Positions 27,894-40,700 of a stretch of 64,000 nt of DNA are shown here, in pieces. How positions within the stretch are numbered: position 1 is the stretch's first letter; each line of letters opens with the position of its first letter. The position numbers were made by a program, and so were the translations under genes. The notes below the pieces were generated by a model. It did not search any database. It saw only the letters and a list, made by a program, of their open reading frames with translations, and was not told the DNA's origin. Origin of the DNA: a virus; IMG/VR virus record IMGVR_UViG_3300021197_000993, positions 4,811 through 68,810 of that record; one strand, written 5' to 3'.

Positions 27894-28334
27894 TCACGCG
27901 ATGAGTTCCGAGAATATAACGATTTCAACTTGAAAGGTCATCCTATGTAGTCTCTTCGTTCGGTCCGAAAGGTCAGTTCGCATCTTATAGAGTAATCGGT
28001 CAAAGTTCGCGCCATCGCCCTTGCGCTGACTGTGAACGATGCGACGAACCTCATCCTCCATTTTCATGAGGTGGCTACGACCGTTCATGGTGCGCGCGTC
28101 AACGGTGATGTTGATTCGCGTGTGAACAAAGTCGTAGAACACTTCGGGTTGCTCTTCGTTGTGGACTGTTTCGTAAAGGAGGATAGCATCTTTGTTGGTG
28201 AGGTCAAGACGCTTACCGCGACCAGCCTCAACCGTGGTGATGTCCTCAACGATAGGTGTGCGTTGGTTCGTGTTGCCACGGTTCCAATTATCCGTAAGGA
28301 TTTTCTTGATGAGTTCAACAGATTCAAGAGCCAA
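27894..28334 (-). CDS. Tail completion/terminator-like protein
   Basis: 146 aa directly upstream of the tail tube; TTG start after GGGAGG. Confidence 0.55.
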   Translation of the reverse strand: MALESVELIKKILTDNWNRGNTNQRTPIVEDITTVEAGRGKRLDLTNKDAILLYETVHNEEQPEVFYDFVHTRINITVDARTMNGRSHLMKMEDEVRRIVHSQRKGDGANFDRLLYKMRTDLSDRTKRLHRMTFQVEIVIFSELIA

Positions 28335-28596
28335 TTATATTCCTCCCTATTGCAGATTCCCCGCGAGCCTGTTTCTTCGCCAAAGCAACAATGGTTTTGT
28401 ATTCGGGGCTTGATTCATCCATCACCTTTCCGTTCGCGTCAATCAACTCTCCTTCGCTGTTGACAGCCGCCCCGTAGTCAAGAGCGCACGCATCAAGAAA
28501 AACACGCCCTTCATCGCTGAACACGCTGTTCTCGCGTGTTTGCTTGACAGGCTCAATCATAGCCTTCGCAATTGCTTTCTTGATGATTTCTTTCAT
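28324..28596 (-). CDS. Hypothetical protein (neck region)
   Basis: 90-aa ORF packed between neck genes. Confidence 0.6.
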   Translation of the reverse strand: MKEIIKKAIAKAMIEPVKQTRENSVFSDEGRVFLDACALDYGAAVNSEGELIDANGKVMDESSPEYKTIVALAKKQARGESAIGRNIIGS

Positions 28597-28600
28597 GTTA

Positions 28601-30181
28601 TCACAACACCGTCATCACTTCTGTGTAGCGCGGCATGGCCTCCGCCACTTGCGCCTTGAACAATTGATACTTGCTACCCAAGTCCACATTCTGTGTCCCT
28701 TCGGGCAACAGCACGCTTCGGTCGTCGGAGAGAATGAGGTCCATCGCAACCAACTTCGTGCAGATGTCTTCAATGGCCTTCTCAACATACCGCTCACCGT
28801 AGACATAGGACACCTTGACGGCGTTCCATGAGAAGTAGGGGTAGGAGTTGTTGAAGTAGATGACACCCATGTCGTAGTCAGCCCACCAATCGCGAAGACG
28901 AGCCTCGTCTCCTGTGGTCGTCCCGACATAATCAATTTTGAACTTCTTTTGGAGAAGGGTCGCGCCGTTGGTTGCCGCCGCGCTAATGTCGCCTACAAGG
29001 TCAGCCACACCGCTCATGACATTGCCGCTAAGACTGGTGTAGTATCCGAACGCACTTCCGATGCTGATGATACCGTAAGGGGCGAAGCCAGTAGCGTCAG
29101 CGACCGTGATGGTGGTCGCGGTGGACGATGATACCGTAGTTGAGTTATCAGTCGCGCCTGTGAAAGTGATACCGGATGATGTGCAAGCGTAGGTAGCGTT
29201 CTCGCCAGCCTCACCGCGTCGCATAGAAGTGATTTTGATTTGACCACCACCGTAGTCAGCGTTTGCGGATGCCATGAACTCATGATGCACATTGGCTGTG
29301 GTTGTTCCGTCAGTCTCGGTGATGTCTTCAAACTCAAAGGATGGACTGAACGGTATTGCGTCTTTCCCTTTACGCGCATCCTTATTGATGATGTCAGCGA
29401 GTTGTTGTGCGGTGCTGACATTATCAAACTGCGCGCGGAACTTAGAACTGCCACTACCAGCCGTGAGCGTGGCGACACCGCCACCACCCGGACAGAAGAA
29501 AACTTTGTCTGTGTCAGCCGTCAGTTGTGTGAAGTCAGCCACTTTGAGGCGGATTTCAGCCGCGGCAATCTCGCGGTAGTCTTGACCTTGCCATATCTCA
29601 AGTCGCAATACCTGCTGAACATTGCGGAACATAAGCGGAACAGACCCAACATAGTCGGTATAGTAGCGACGACGGTAGGGCTTGTAAGTGTCAAAGTTGA
29701 GATATTCAGCCGTCTGCAACATTGGTCGCCATGCGTTGTTCGTGAGGTTGTCAATTTTGTCTTGAGTGCGGAGAATGAGTGTTTCAACTTGTTTGCGCGT
29801 GACACCCTTACGCTTACCGTTGGTGAACGATTGTAGGTTTTGCACTTGCGCGTTTGCCGTAGTCGTGTAGTCGCCTGTTAAAGTTCCCGAAAAAGAAAGA
29901 CGAACATTGCCGGAAGCGCGAGCAATTGCTGTGATAGTTCGCTCTTCACCCATTTCAGTATCGCTGGTGATTTCAATTTTATCACCTACTTCAAAACCAA
30001 CCAATCGGTAGTCTGCGGGGGAAATATCAACATCTGTGCCACCATCTTCTGCGGCCAAATAAACAGGGTCGGGAAATGGTATTTGAAGAATGTCCGCTAC
30101 TTTCTGTGCGGATGTGTAGTAAAGCCTATCGGGGAATAAAGGTCGTCCTTCACGCTCACCTGTTTGAAAAACTGTCGGCAT
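28601..30181 (-). CDS. Head-tail adaptor/neck protein with insertions
   Basis: YTSAQKVADIL, LILRTQDKIDNLT...W and VKVSYVYG...AIEDICTKLVA resemble gp6/gp15-type connectors. Confidence 0.65.
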   Translation of the reverse strand: MPTVFQTGEREGRPLFPDRLYYTSAQKVADILQIPFPDPVYLAAEDGGTDVDISPADYRLVGFEVGDKIEITSDTEMGEERTITAIARASGNVRLSFSGTLTGDYTTTANAQVQNLQSFTNGKRKGVTRKQVETLILRTQDKIDNLTNNAWRPMLQTAEYLNFDTYKPYRRRYYTDYVGSVPLMFRNVQQVLRLEIWQGQDYREIAAAEIRLKVADFTQLTADTDKVFFCPGGGGVATLTAGSGSSKFRAQFDNVSTAQQLADIINKDARKGKDAIPFSPSFEFEDITETDGTTTANVHHEFMASANADYGGGQIKITSMRRGEAGENATYACTSSGITFTGATDNSTTVSSSTATTITVADATGFAPYGIISIGSAFGYYTSLSGNVMSGVADLVGDISAAATNGATLLQKKFKIDYVGTTTGDEARLRDWWADYDMGVIYFNNSYPYFSWNAVKVSYVYGERYVEKAIEDICTKLVAMDLILSDDRSVLLPEGTQNVDLGSKYQLFKAQVAEAMPRYTEVMTVL

Positions 30182-30552
30182 CAGTCATCCCTCACTCGCA
30201 GTCTGTCAAGTCTTCGCACCATTTTTTTCCCGACTCCCTTTGGGTAATGTCCGTGTTGTTGGTAAAATTGTTCGGTCATGTTTCTTGCTTCTTTGAGTCT
30301 CCCACCCTCTTTTAGCATAACGCGTATGCGCTGACCTTGGTCTATTTTCGCTTGTTTAGCGTCAAGTTGTTGTTGATACGATTGAGCCTGTGGTGTCATT
30401 TTTGGAGCAGTGTCTTGGCCTTGTTGACGAACTTGTTGTTCTTGCGCTTGCATTTGACGCATTTGTTCAGCCGCGGCGCGGAAACCTTGAGCCTCCATTT
30501 CTTCGGGTGTCATCTTGAGCAACCGCCAAGCCGTCTCAAACGCATTCATCAA
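30181..30552 (-). CDS. Gln-rich protein with N-terminal AWxxLK leader
   Basis: MMNAFETAWRLLK followed by a Q-rich helical region; strong GGAGGAGGTGG RBS. Confidence 0.75.
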   Translation of the reverse strand: MMNAFETAWRLLKMTPEEMEAQGFRAAAEQMRQMQAQEQQVRQQGQDTAPKMTPQAQSYQQQLDAKQAKIDQGQRIRVMLKEGGRLKEARNMTEQFYQQHGHYPKGVGKKMVRRLDRLRVRDD

Positions 30553-30815
30553 ACCACCTCCTCCGTTTTCGCGAGGTTGTAGTCCATAGGCTTCTTACAC
30601 GCACCGCACCGTTCAAGGTAGCAAAAATGAAGCATGCCGCAATGACGGCAACGAGTTCCGGAACCGATGTTTACAATATCTCGGATGTTGCGCGTCTTCA
30701 TGTTTTGACGCTTGATAACACCCTTCAACTTGTCGCGCTCATCGCGCTTAACCATTGACTCTTCGGCTTTACGCCAGCCCTGTTTTTCAAGTCGTTGCAA
30801 TTCAGTCAAGTCCAT
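30549..30815 (-). CDS. Zinc-ribbon protein
   Basis: CRHC...CGAC at the C-terminus; GAGGTGA RBS before ATG 30815. Confidence 0.75.
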   Translation of the reverse strand: MDLTELQRLEKQGWRKAEESMVKRDERDKLKGVIKRQNMKTRNIRDIVNIGSGTRCRHCGMLHFCYLERCGACKKPMDYNLAKTEEVV

Positions 30816-30825
30816 GTCGCTCACC

Positions 30826-30999
30826 TCACGAGGTGACGACTACGACATATAAATTGCCCTGCAAAGTGTAAGAGGTGATTGCTTCAACCGTCTTTCCGTT
30901 GGTGTAGTCATCAAGAACCTTCTGCGCTCCACCGGCCACAGCCGCGCCTGTTTCGCAACCCTCGTTGGGTGTGAACTCAAACACTTTTGTATCGGACAA
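30826..30999 (-). CDS. 57-aa small protein, probably virion-associated
   Basis: Below the cutoff. TTG start after GAGGTGA gives MSDTKVFEFTPNEGCETGAAVAGGAQKVLDDYTNGKTVEAITSYTLQGNLYVVVVTS*, which fills the gap. Confidence 0.7.
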   Translation of the reverse strand: MSDTKVFEFTPNEGCETGAAVAGGAQKVLDDYTNGKTVEAITSYTLQGNLYVVVVTS

Positions 31000-31010
31000 G
31001 GTGAATCACC

Positions 31011-31289
31011 TCATCGCCGTCCAATGACAGTCCACTTTCCTGTGTTTCCGCTTACGCAGTCAATTGTCAAAGTTGTAGCCGCGGTAATCAAACCAAGCGC
31101 ACCATCAACACCGCCACCGGTCACATCACCAAGAGTGTCGCCATTTACTTGCGCACTCAAGATGTTGCTAAGGTGGGATGATAGGTCAATTGCGCCAGTT
31201 GTCGCGCTATCCGCGTTGAATGTTCCGCTGAGAAGAACCAAATCTCCAATACTGTGTGGTCGGTTATCAATTGTTGAACTAAATGCCAT
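31011..31289 (-). CDS. Small beta-rich virion (capsid decoration-like) protein
   Basis: G/T/S-rich, 92 aa, downstream of the capsid gene. Confidence 0.6.
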   Translation of the reverse strand: MAFSSTIDNRPHSIGDLVLLSGTFNADSATTGAIDLSSHLSNILSAQVNGDTLGDVTGGGVDGALGLITAATTLTIDCVSGNTGKWTVIGRR

Positions 31290-31291
31290 AA

Positions 31292-31669
31292 TCATTCATC
31301 TCCTGTTGTTTGTGCTTCTTCGCCATCGGTTAAAGACTCTTCGGGTGGATTAAGGTGCGCCTCAATTGCCGCGAGCAACTTCTTCTTTGTGGATAGTGAA
31401 GATGAGGCAATGCCTTTCTCCTCCATCCACGAGAGGATGTCGCCTTTGGTCCAACCCATGTCGGGGAGGCCATCATCGCCTTCATCAACGGTCTTTTCGG
31501 CCTCTTTGAAGGTGTATCCTTCAATTCGGAACTCCGGTCCGTCAATAGCCACGCGATGTGCTTCAAGCCATTCAGCCGAAACTTCGCGTGGTTTACCCCA
31601 AGCCCACCAACCTAAGCGTCCACAGTTCGCACCAGTGCGTCGTGGTCCTCGGTAGGTAATCGTAGGCAG
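31292..31669 (-). CDS. Head-associated protein with C-terminal HeH/SAP-like helical motif; probable CTG start
   Basis: GAGGTGA-TTCTT-CTG gives (M)PTITYRGP. C-terminal WTKGDILSWMEEKGI...TKKKLLAAI. Confidence 0.6.
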   Translation of the reverse strand: MPTITYRGPRRTGANCGRLGWWAWGKPREVSAEWLEAHRVAIDGPEFRIEGYTFKEAEKTVDEGDDGLPDMGWTKGDILSWMEEKGIASSSLSTKKKLLAAIEAHLNPPEESLTDGEEAQTTGDE

Positions 31670-31679
31670 AAGAATCACC

Positions 31680-32141
31680 TCAAACCACAAGCAGTAGCAG
31701 TTCAGCACCAGTCGTATCGTCGGTCACGCCGTCGCTGGATAGTTCAACATCAAAGGTCAAAACAAGCGCGCTGGTCTTGGTCACACCAAGAGAAGCGGTT
31801 GCGTCAACTTGTGAGGTATAAACACCAAGAATGGTGCTGATACCTGCGCCACCAGCGTCCTGTGTAGGGTCGTTGGAGAGCGTAAGCGTGTTGCCTTCGG
31901 TAAGCGCGCCACTCATGGTAAGACCAATCAGTCGCGGGCTTTGGTGAGAGTTCGTTCCGTCGCTTTGTCGTGGTTCAAAAGGCGTAAGAGTTCCGGGGTA
32001 AGTCCCGGCTCCACCTGCCAGCCATGTCGTGCTGTCGTTGTTGCTCGCACCTGCTTGCATTTCAATGTCAAAGTTCACTGCCGTAGTAGCGGTTCCGCTA
32101 CAAACATATCGTATTCCTCGGTTGTCTTTTGTCGTTGCCAT
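31680..32141 (-). CDS. Minor capsid/decoration protein
   Basis: 153 aa, T/G/S-rich, immediately after the major capsid gene; GAGGTGA RBS. Confidence 0.6.
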   Translation of the reverse strand: MATTKDNRGIRYVCSGTATTAVNFDIEMQAGASNNDSTTWLAGGAGTYPGTLTPFEPRQSDGTNSHQSPRLIGLTMSGALTEGNTLTLSNDPTQDAGGAGISTILGVYTSQVDATASLGVTKTSALVLTFDVELSSDGVTDDTTGAELLLLVV

Positions 32142-32152
32142 ATCTCATCACC

Positions 32153-33300
32153 TCATTGTAGGTCGCGAATGCTCCCGCTTGCGCCAAAGAATGAACACCA
32201 AAGTTCACCCATTGTTCGGTAAAGCCCCTCTTGTCCAAGACGGTTAATCGCGAATGGGTCGCCAGTCTCAATACCGCTTTCGTAGTATTGGGTTGGGATT
32301 GCGGTTTGGAACCACAAGTAGTCAGTGTCCAAGTAGTAGATACGCGACAGACTACCTGCGCCTTCGTCGGGCATATCCTTGGTTGGAATCATTGGGACAC
32401 CGTTGTAGGTTGCGACGATGAACCCAGCCTCAAGACCGGGGACACCCTTCACACCGTTGAAGGTAGGAGTCACGCGCTTGCTGTCCATGAATCGCTGTTG
32501 CGATTGGAGCAATTGCTGAACGCGCATCAAAGTGTCGTAGCCCGTAAGCATAACCTTCGGGTTGCCACCACGAGTCCAAAGTTGCTGGAACAATCCGTCC
32601 ATTTGGTTGAGGGACAGGTTGCGGTTCGCGCTGGTAGCGTCAACATCAACTTCTGCGCTGTGGAAAGCGGCAGAACCATCGCGAGTGATGGAATACATGT
32701 CGTGCTTGGTCAGCGAAGTGGTGATGTGGTTGGTTCCCGTCGTCATCTTGTCCGGGTCGGAAGTGATTCGGTCAAGTGATTCAAAGTCGTTGCCAGCGGT
32801 TGTGTCAACATCCTCAAGAAGCATACGGTTGATGTGTTCTGCGTGGTGCTTACCCATTTCTTCTTTGAGAACGGTTCGCACATCGCCAAGTCCGTCGTCC
32901 TTGTCGGAAAGGAACATGCTCACTTCGGACAGGTCAAAAGTGTGCGCGACAGTCTTTGGCTTTGCGGCCACATGTAGGAACTCCGGCTTGGTGGTGTCGG
33001 GAAGAACGCCGTTCTCCGCGATACCGCCACCCTTGGTGAAGGATGCGCGCTCCGTGAGGATTCGCCATCCACTTCGTTCCCAAGGCTTCTTTGGTAGAAT
33101 TGAAAATGCATTGAACTCTTGGTTCAACTGCGACCATACTTTGCGACCGTAGATTGCTTGGTATGTTCCTGCGGTAGTGGACAACAAAGGCGCGTCAGCC
33201 TTCAAAATGTCTCCGCTTCCGTAGGTGTATCCTGTTTGAGAAGCACCACCGTAGTAGTATCGCTCCATGTCTTGCACTGTTCTTACATAATCTCTTGCCA

Positions 33301-33301
<1 letters not shown>
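32153..33301 (-). CDS. Major capsid protein (HK97 fold)
   Basis: 382 aa directly after protease/scaffold. GGIAENGVLP, KPKTVAHTF, ATYNGVPMIP and IYYLDTDYL segments fit HK97-type capsids of archaeal tailed viruses. Confidence 0.9.
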
Positions 33302-34728
<1,427 letters not shown>

Positions 34729-34745
34729 TGCCTCCCGACTTAACT

Positions 34746-37700
34746 TCATCCTATATCAAGTGAATTGCTCTCAACAACGATAACACCGTCGTCTTCAAGC
34801 GTCGCGCTTTCGCCTTGATTGGTTCGCAGTCGCTTGGTTTTCTTGGCTGTTGCTGGCTTCAACTCATCGTCGGCTCGCGCTTGAGGGTCAAAATCCGGCA
34901 TAGTGTTGTCGCGGATATTCTGCGTTGGTCCTCGCGGAGACTCGTCGGGTGTCGCATAATCCATACCTAACCCCTGCACACCAGTGCTGGTGATTTTTTC
35001 TTTAGAGAGATGTTCCAGCCCGCGCTCAATCAATTCAAGTCCACGCTTGATAACTTCTTCTTCTTCTTCAAGAACCTTCTTCGGTTTTTTTACATGACCC
35101 GCGGGTGCTTCGGGTTGCACCTCATCATATTCCGGTTCTTCAACATCCTCTTCTTTCAACAACCAAGCCGCTTTTGAAATCCAATACGCTTCTTGGTCTT
35201 GCGCTAATCGCACAAGATACTCGTTGCCCCATACTGATGATTGCGGTTCTACATACCAAAGACCGTCTTGTTTGCGCGTTTTACAAATAACTTCATCATC
35301 AAACGCAGTGAAGCGGATGGTGATGTTGCCTTTCTTCATAGATACCTGTTGAGGCACATGATGTTCACCCGACATGATAGCAAGAGTTTCTACGCTGTTC
35401 GCGGCAAACGGTTCGTTGTCGGTGATTTTCGCGGAGCGGATGCGGTAGACGGGGTGTTCTTTCTTTGATGATACACTCACACCTGTGCAACGAACAGTAG
35501 CAAAATCGCCTACCTTCAACCCGCGTGGACCTTTCGCGCTACCTACATTCATGTAGTGTTCATCACCAACTTGTTGTGCGCGCTTACCGTAATGTTCGGG
35601 ATGCATGAGTGGTCCGACACCAACACCATAGGTTGTGCCGGATGCTGACAAAACGATAACATCTACCATTTTCTCTTTGCTCAATAGCACCCACTTAGGA
35701 TGGCGCGATTCTCCTTTCATGTAAGTTGCATTAGCGTCGCGAAGAAGAATGTCAATGTTGTTTTCTTTTTGCAATCCTTCAATAGCGACTTGCAATCCTT
35801 CGTCGTCGCTACGCTTTGTGTTGATAGGTTCGGGCATTTTGATATGCTCACTGGATTCATATTGAGAGCGGAGATGGCGAATCCGGTCTTTGGTTGGCAT
35901 ATTATGTGTGTCTTCATCAGCAGTCTTGAGGAGGTCAAGAATCGTCATCACTCCATCATGAATAATCGCGTGAACCGTGAAGTCTTTCTCGTAAACTTTT
36001 TCCGCTTCCTCCAAAATAGCCTCATCCAACTTCACCTCTCCATCAATACCGTATGCGGTGATACCTTTTTTGTCTTTGGTTGCAATCACATGTTCGCCTT
36101 GTGGGTAGAGTGAAATGACCCAATCGCCTGTAAATCCGCGCAAATGTTGCATGTCATCTAAATCAAAAATGCGATGCATAAACTTCACAGGTTGCGGTTT
36201 TCCATCATCCTTGATGAGCAATGTGTCATCAAGCGCGACATCAAGAAGGTGAGAAGAATAGGTGAAGATGCTTTCATCATTCGCGCCCATCTCATCTTCT
36301 GCAAATGTTGTAGCCGCGTTGATACCTTGTCCCAACCGCATGTTGGTGTTTGCACCTTGATACGCTTGGTAATTGAAGTAATTCATGGGTTTTGATACAT
36401 CCAGTTGAGGGAGGTCGGGATTTGCGTGCTTCATGTGCCGAATGTTCATCCTCAACATTTGAGGTGATGGTGCGTTGAAAGTGTGCAAATCGTCTGTTTC
36501 AAACACAATTTTTCCGTCTCCCAAAAAGTGAGGTTGGTGAACAAACGGTGGAGAGCGAGTTCCTTCAATACCGTAGTTGAACTTTCCTTCATGACAGGTA
36601 TTGATAGGAGTTGCGTGAGCGTTGTTCATGTTGTAGCCACCCATGACGGTTTGCGGTTCGGGTTCAGTTGAACTTTCGTCAAGAAGTTGTGTGCCTGTTT
36701 TGTCGTGAAGAAGTGCCGCGATGTTTTCAAGCGAGTTTGGTTTGTTGAAGTTCATCATACGCTTCAACGATTTTGTATCCATCGCGCCTCGTTGTATTCC
36801 GAAGTTTCTCATGCGTTTGAAATCCATCGCAATGTCGCTACCTCGTTGAGTGGCTTTACCTGCATGTTTCAACACATTGACGATTGCCTCGCGTTCACGC
36901 TTCATGCTGATTGGTTTCATTTTTCTTTTACCCATAAGCACACTTTCACCACCGCTGGTGCATGAATCATCTGCTATGTCATGAAAGATGCCGCCATCAT
37001 TGAATGCAAATCTGCTTCCTCCGCGCTTCAATCCTTGGCCTTGTAGTTGCTCATAAAGAATTGATTGTAGATTACCGCGAATAGGTTTACCTTTCAAGTC
37101 GTGAGGATGATAACGAGCCATGAACGCTTTTTCAAAACCAACACCTTCTTGAGCGTCTGCGGCTTTTTTCACATTCTCCATCACTGCATCAAATATCTCA
37201 ACATCCTCATCACTTACGCCGCTACCTTCACGCCGAGCGAGTTTGCTCGCGGCTTCGTGTCCTCTTGGTTGAACACCACCGAATTGCCTATCAAGGGCTT
37301 TTTCAGCCATATCTGTTGAACCTTTGTGTTTCTCGCGAGAGACATGTAGATTCGCAAGGTTGTCTTTTTCATCATCACTAAGGTAGTCAAAGGGGATGTT
37401 TTGTCCACCGTAGAATATACCGTTCTCAAACACTTGACCGCGCGTGTCGGGGTCAAGCATAGCAATTTGTTCAGCAAGTTTCAGCGTGTAAGCAGTCGCG
37501 GCGTAGGCTTTGTCGTTGCCTTCGGTGAATACATTGGGGAATAATTTCTCAATCGCGGGGCGAATTGCTTTGAAGATTTTTGCAGTTGCGTTGACTGTTT
37601 GCACCTCATTGCGTAATCGTTTATCTTCGTTATTGAAAACAGCCTCACCACCATCTTCGGGTGGAGTAGCGCGACGAACTTGAGATAATTTTTGTTCAAT

Positions 37701-40700
37701 CAATTCTTTGGTGTTGTTATCACCACTTTTTTCTGCGAAACGCATTGCTTTCGCCAACTGCGCTTTCATAATAGACGCGAGATACGACGGTGAAGGGGCA
37801 ACAACAAGAGATGAAACTGCGGGTTCTTCTTCTGTTCCGTGTTGATGCAACGAAGAGAGAGGCACACCGTCGTCGTTGTCAAGTCTTTCCTTCATTTGGA
37901 TAAACTGTTCAAGTTCGTTCGCGCGCTCTCCTCTTGTGTTTTCATCCTTAGCGTTGAGGTATTGCATATCAAGCGTTTTGAGTTCTTGCAACAATGCTCG
38001 TCGCGTGCGTATGTTTGATGATTGAGTAGGAGGGAGTGAATACGGTTCACTCATTTTAAATTGATTTTGAATGTAATCATCAAGGTCCTCTTTGAAATAA
38101 ATTGCAAGTTGAGACGGAGGTTCACGGTCGCGCACAATGTCATTTACCATATCCTTACCAGTCCGACCACCTTCACCGATAACATCCCTGTGATTCATTT
38201 GTTTTAGCGCGGAAAAACGGTCTTCGTGGTCTTCGCGCAACAAGTCTTCAAATTGCTTTTGGTCTGCTTCATCAAACTCATGGAGAGGTAGATGTGAACC
38301 ATGCAAAAGAAAGTCAATGAGTAAACGGTCTATGTGAGGCATTGTTCCTTTCTCATATCCAAACTTTCGCGCTTCATCACTCTTTTTTTGGTCGTGATAA
38401 CCCGGAGCGTGCCGAGCCTCGTAGAGTTTTTTACCGCCCTTTTTTTGTGAGCGAATGCGCTCTTTTCTCAACCCCAGCATAGGCGTGTCAAGAGCAACAC
38501 GCGAACCACGCCTTCTTTTACCGTCAAGGCTCAAGAAACCTACAAAGTCATCCATGTCGCCGCTGTTCAAAAAATCACTGTGCGCCATGTAAAATGAGTG
38601 TAAACCCGCTGTGGATGGTGTTCTTGGTGAAGGCATATCCTTGATGTAATCCTCAAGTGCTTCTTTAGGTGTAGTCCCATCCATGTCCGATACCACACCT
38701 TTTCCTTTAGAATCAAGTGCTTCTTCAAGCGAGAGGTTTTGTCGCGGCATGTCAAGTTGAACTGCTTTACCGCTCTTGAATTGCTCAATCAATTTTTCCG
38801 CGTCTTCATCATCGCGAGACTCCAACGCATTTTCTAAATCAAGAAGCAATGAACCGTCTACATCCTTCGCTGGGTCGTAAACATCTTTCTGTTCAACAGT
38901 TCTTTTTGAGCCGGTAGCGTCTCGCTCCGGACGCGAAGGTATCAAAAATGTGCGTTGTGATAACGGCGCGCGGAACACATTACCAAATCCTTCGTCGTAA
39001 GCGTTTTGCACATCACCTGTTTCACCACTGTTGTTCCCGCGGCGGCTACCAACACCCTGCATGACGATACCAAGCGGTGAGGGTTCAGCGAACTGTGGCT
39101 CTTCAAGCATGTCAAACTCATCTGCGGTGTTATGCGTGTGCGTGTATCCTTGAACACTTTCACGCAATAAATCACCAAACTCTTGTTGTCCGTAAGCAAT
39201 CAGTGTGCGTTCAGCGATACGCTCCGACTCATCATCAGTAAAGAAGTTGTGAAGATTCAAACTGCGCAAATCGGGAGGTTTCTCTTTCATGTGAATAGTA
39301 TCACCATGCTCACCTCGCTTGATGTGCGGATAGCGACCACCGTCTTCAACAATTTCAGCATCGTGTTCATCAGCGTATCGTTTTGCTAAATTGTTGAAGT
39401 TGACATATTCAACAGCGCGCTCAATGGTTTCGGGTGCTAATCCTTGCCAGTTGTTTTCTTTCAACTGCTCTTTCATTTTTTGACTTCGTTTTTCAATATC
39501 AGTCGCAATCGTTTCTTTGTATTTTTTAGTGTAATGATTGGGTAGCGTTTGGTTGTATCCGTTTCGCCCAGCCCCACCAGCGTAAAGAGTGTCAATCATG
39601 TTATCCATGAGATAAGCGTGGTTTGCCATGTAGCCGCGCATATCGCTACCATATTGTCGGTTGGCGAAAAATGAGTCATCAATTTTACCCTCGCTGTTTG
39701 TCCCACCGTTCGTGACCAGCATCCACTTCATGATGTTGTAGATTTGGCTATACGGGAGCATAGCGATACCTAAACGATAAGCGTCAATACCAACGCGACC
39801 AAAATTGCGTTCACCTTCTTTCGGCACACGGCGTTGGTCATTGTATTTGTCAGCCATCTTTCTCAACCGTTGCACAGGAGATTCTTTTTCATCCTCGTAA
39901 ACTTGACGAGGCATACCATCATCTTTGAACAAAACTTTCATCACTTCGTCGCGAGGTATGCCTTCATTCTCCCAATTTTTGACGCGAATATAATGATTGA
40001 TGGCTTCCGGGTCTGTGAAAAACTTCTGCATTTCGGGGAACTTTTCAAGGTATGCGCGCTTGAAATCGTCGTAGCCGATGTTGAAGAGACGCATCATGGT
40101 CGCGTTATTGCCGACCCAATCGGAAAACATGTGTGGTTCTTTTGCTTTCGGATGCATACCTTTCGCGGTCTTCACCATTGCTTTATGCAATCGTTCAGCA
40201 TTCTCACCTTTACCTCCAAACAAATATCGCGTAAGATGTTGAAAGACAGGCATCTCACCATACGATGCTTTTCCTTCGCGTTGAGGGAACAGATTTGCCG
40301 CATCAAGTTTAGAATGAGAGCCAACAACATCACCATCTCGTTCCGGGTTTTGCATCGTGTGCATACGCCAACCAACATACTTGCGAACAATTTTGTCAAG
40401 GGGGAGTTCGTCTTCATCCTTAAACGCGACTTTGATTGCATTAAGAAGTTCCTTTTCATTGAATACGGGAATCTGTTTGTAATGACGAGCGGGTGCGCGC
40501 TCTTGGAGGGTATCTCCACGCGGAGATGAAAAAATATCCTTCGTTGCTGATGTGGATTGCGACATCACTGTGGAGGGTTTGAGATATTCTTCGGCCTCAT
40601 TCTTCAACAGAATACGCGTGAATCCGTTGTTTTCTAAGTTGTTTGCACTTAGCAAAACATTGACCGCTTCTTCGCGTGCGTCTTCTTTGTTGATGACGGC

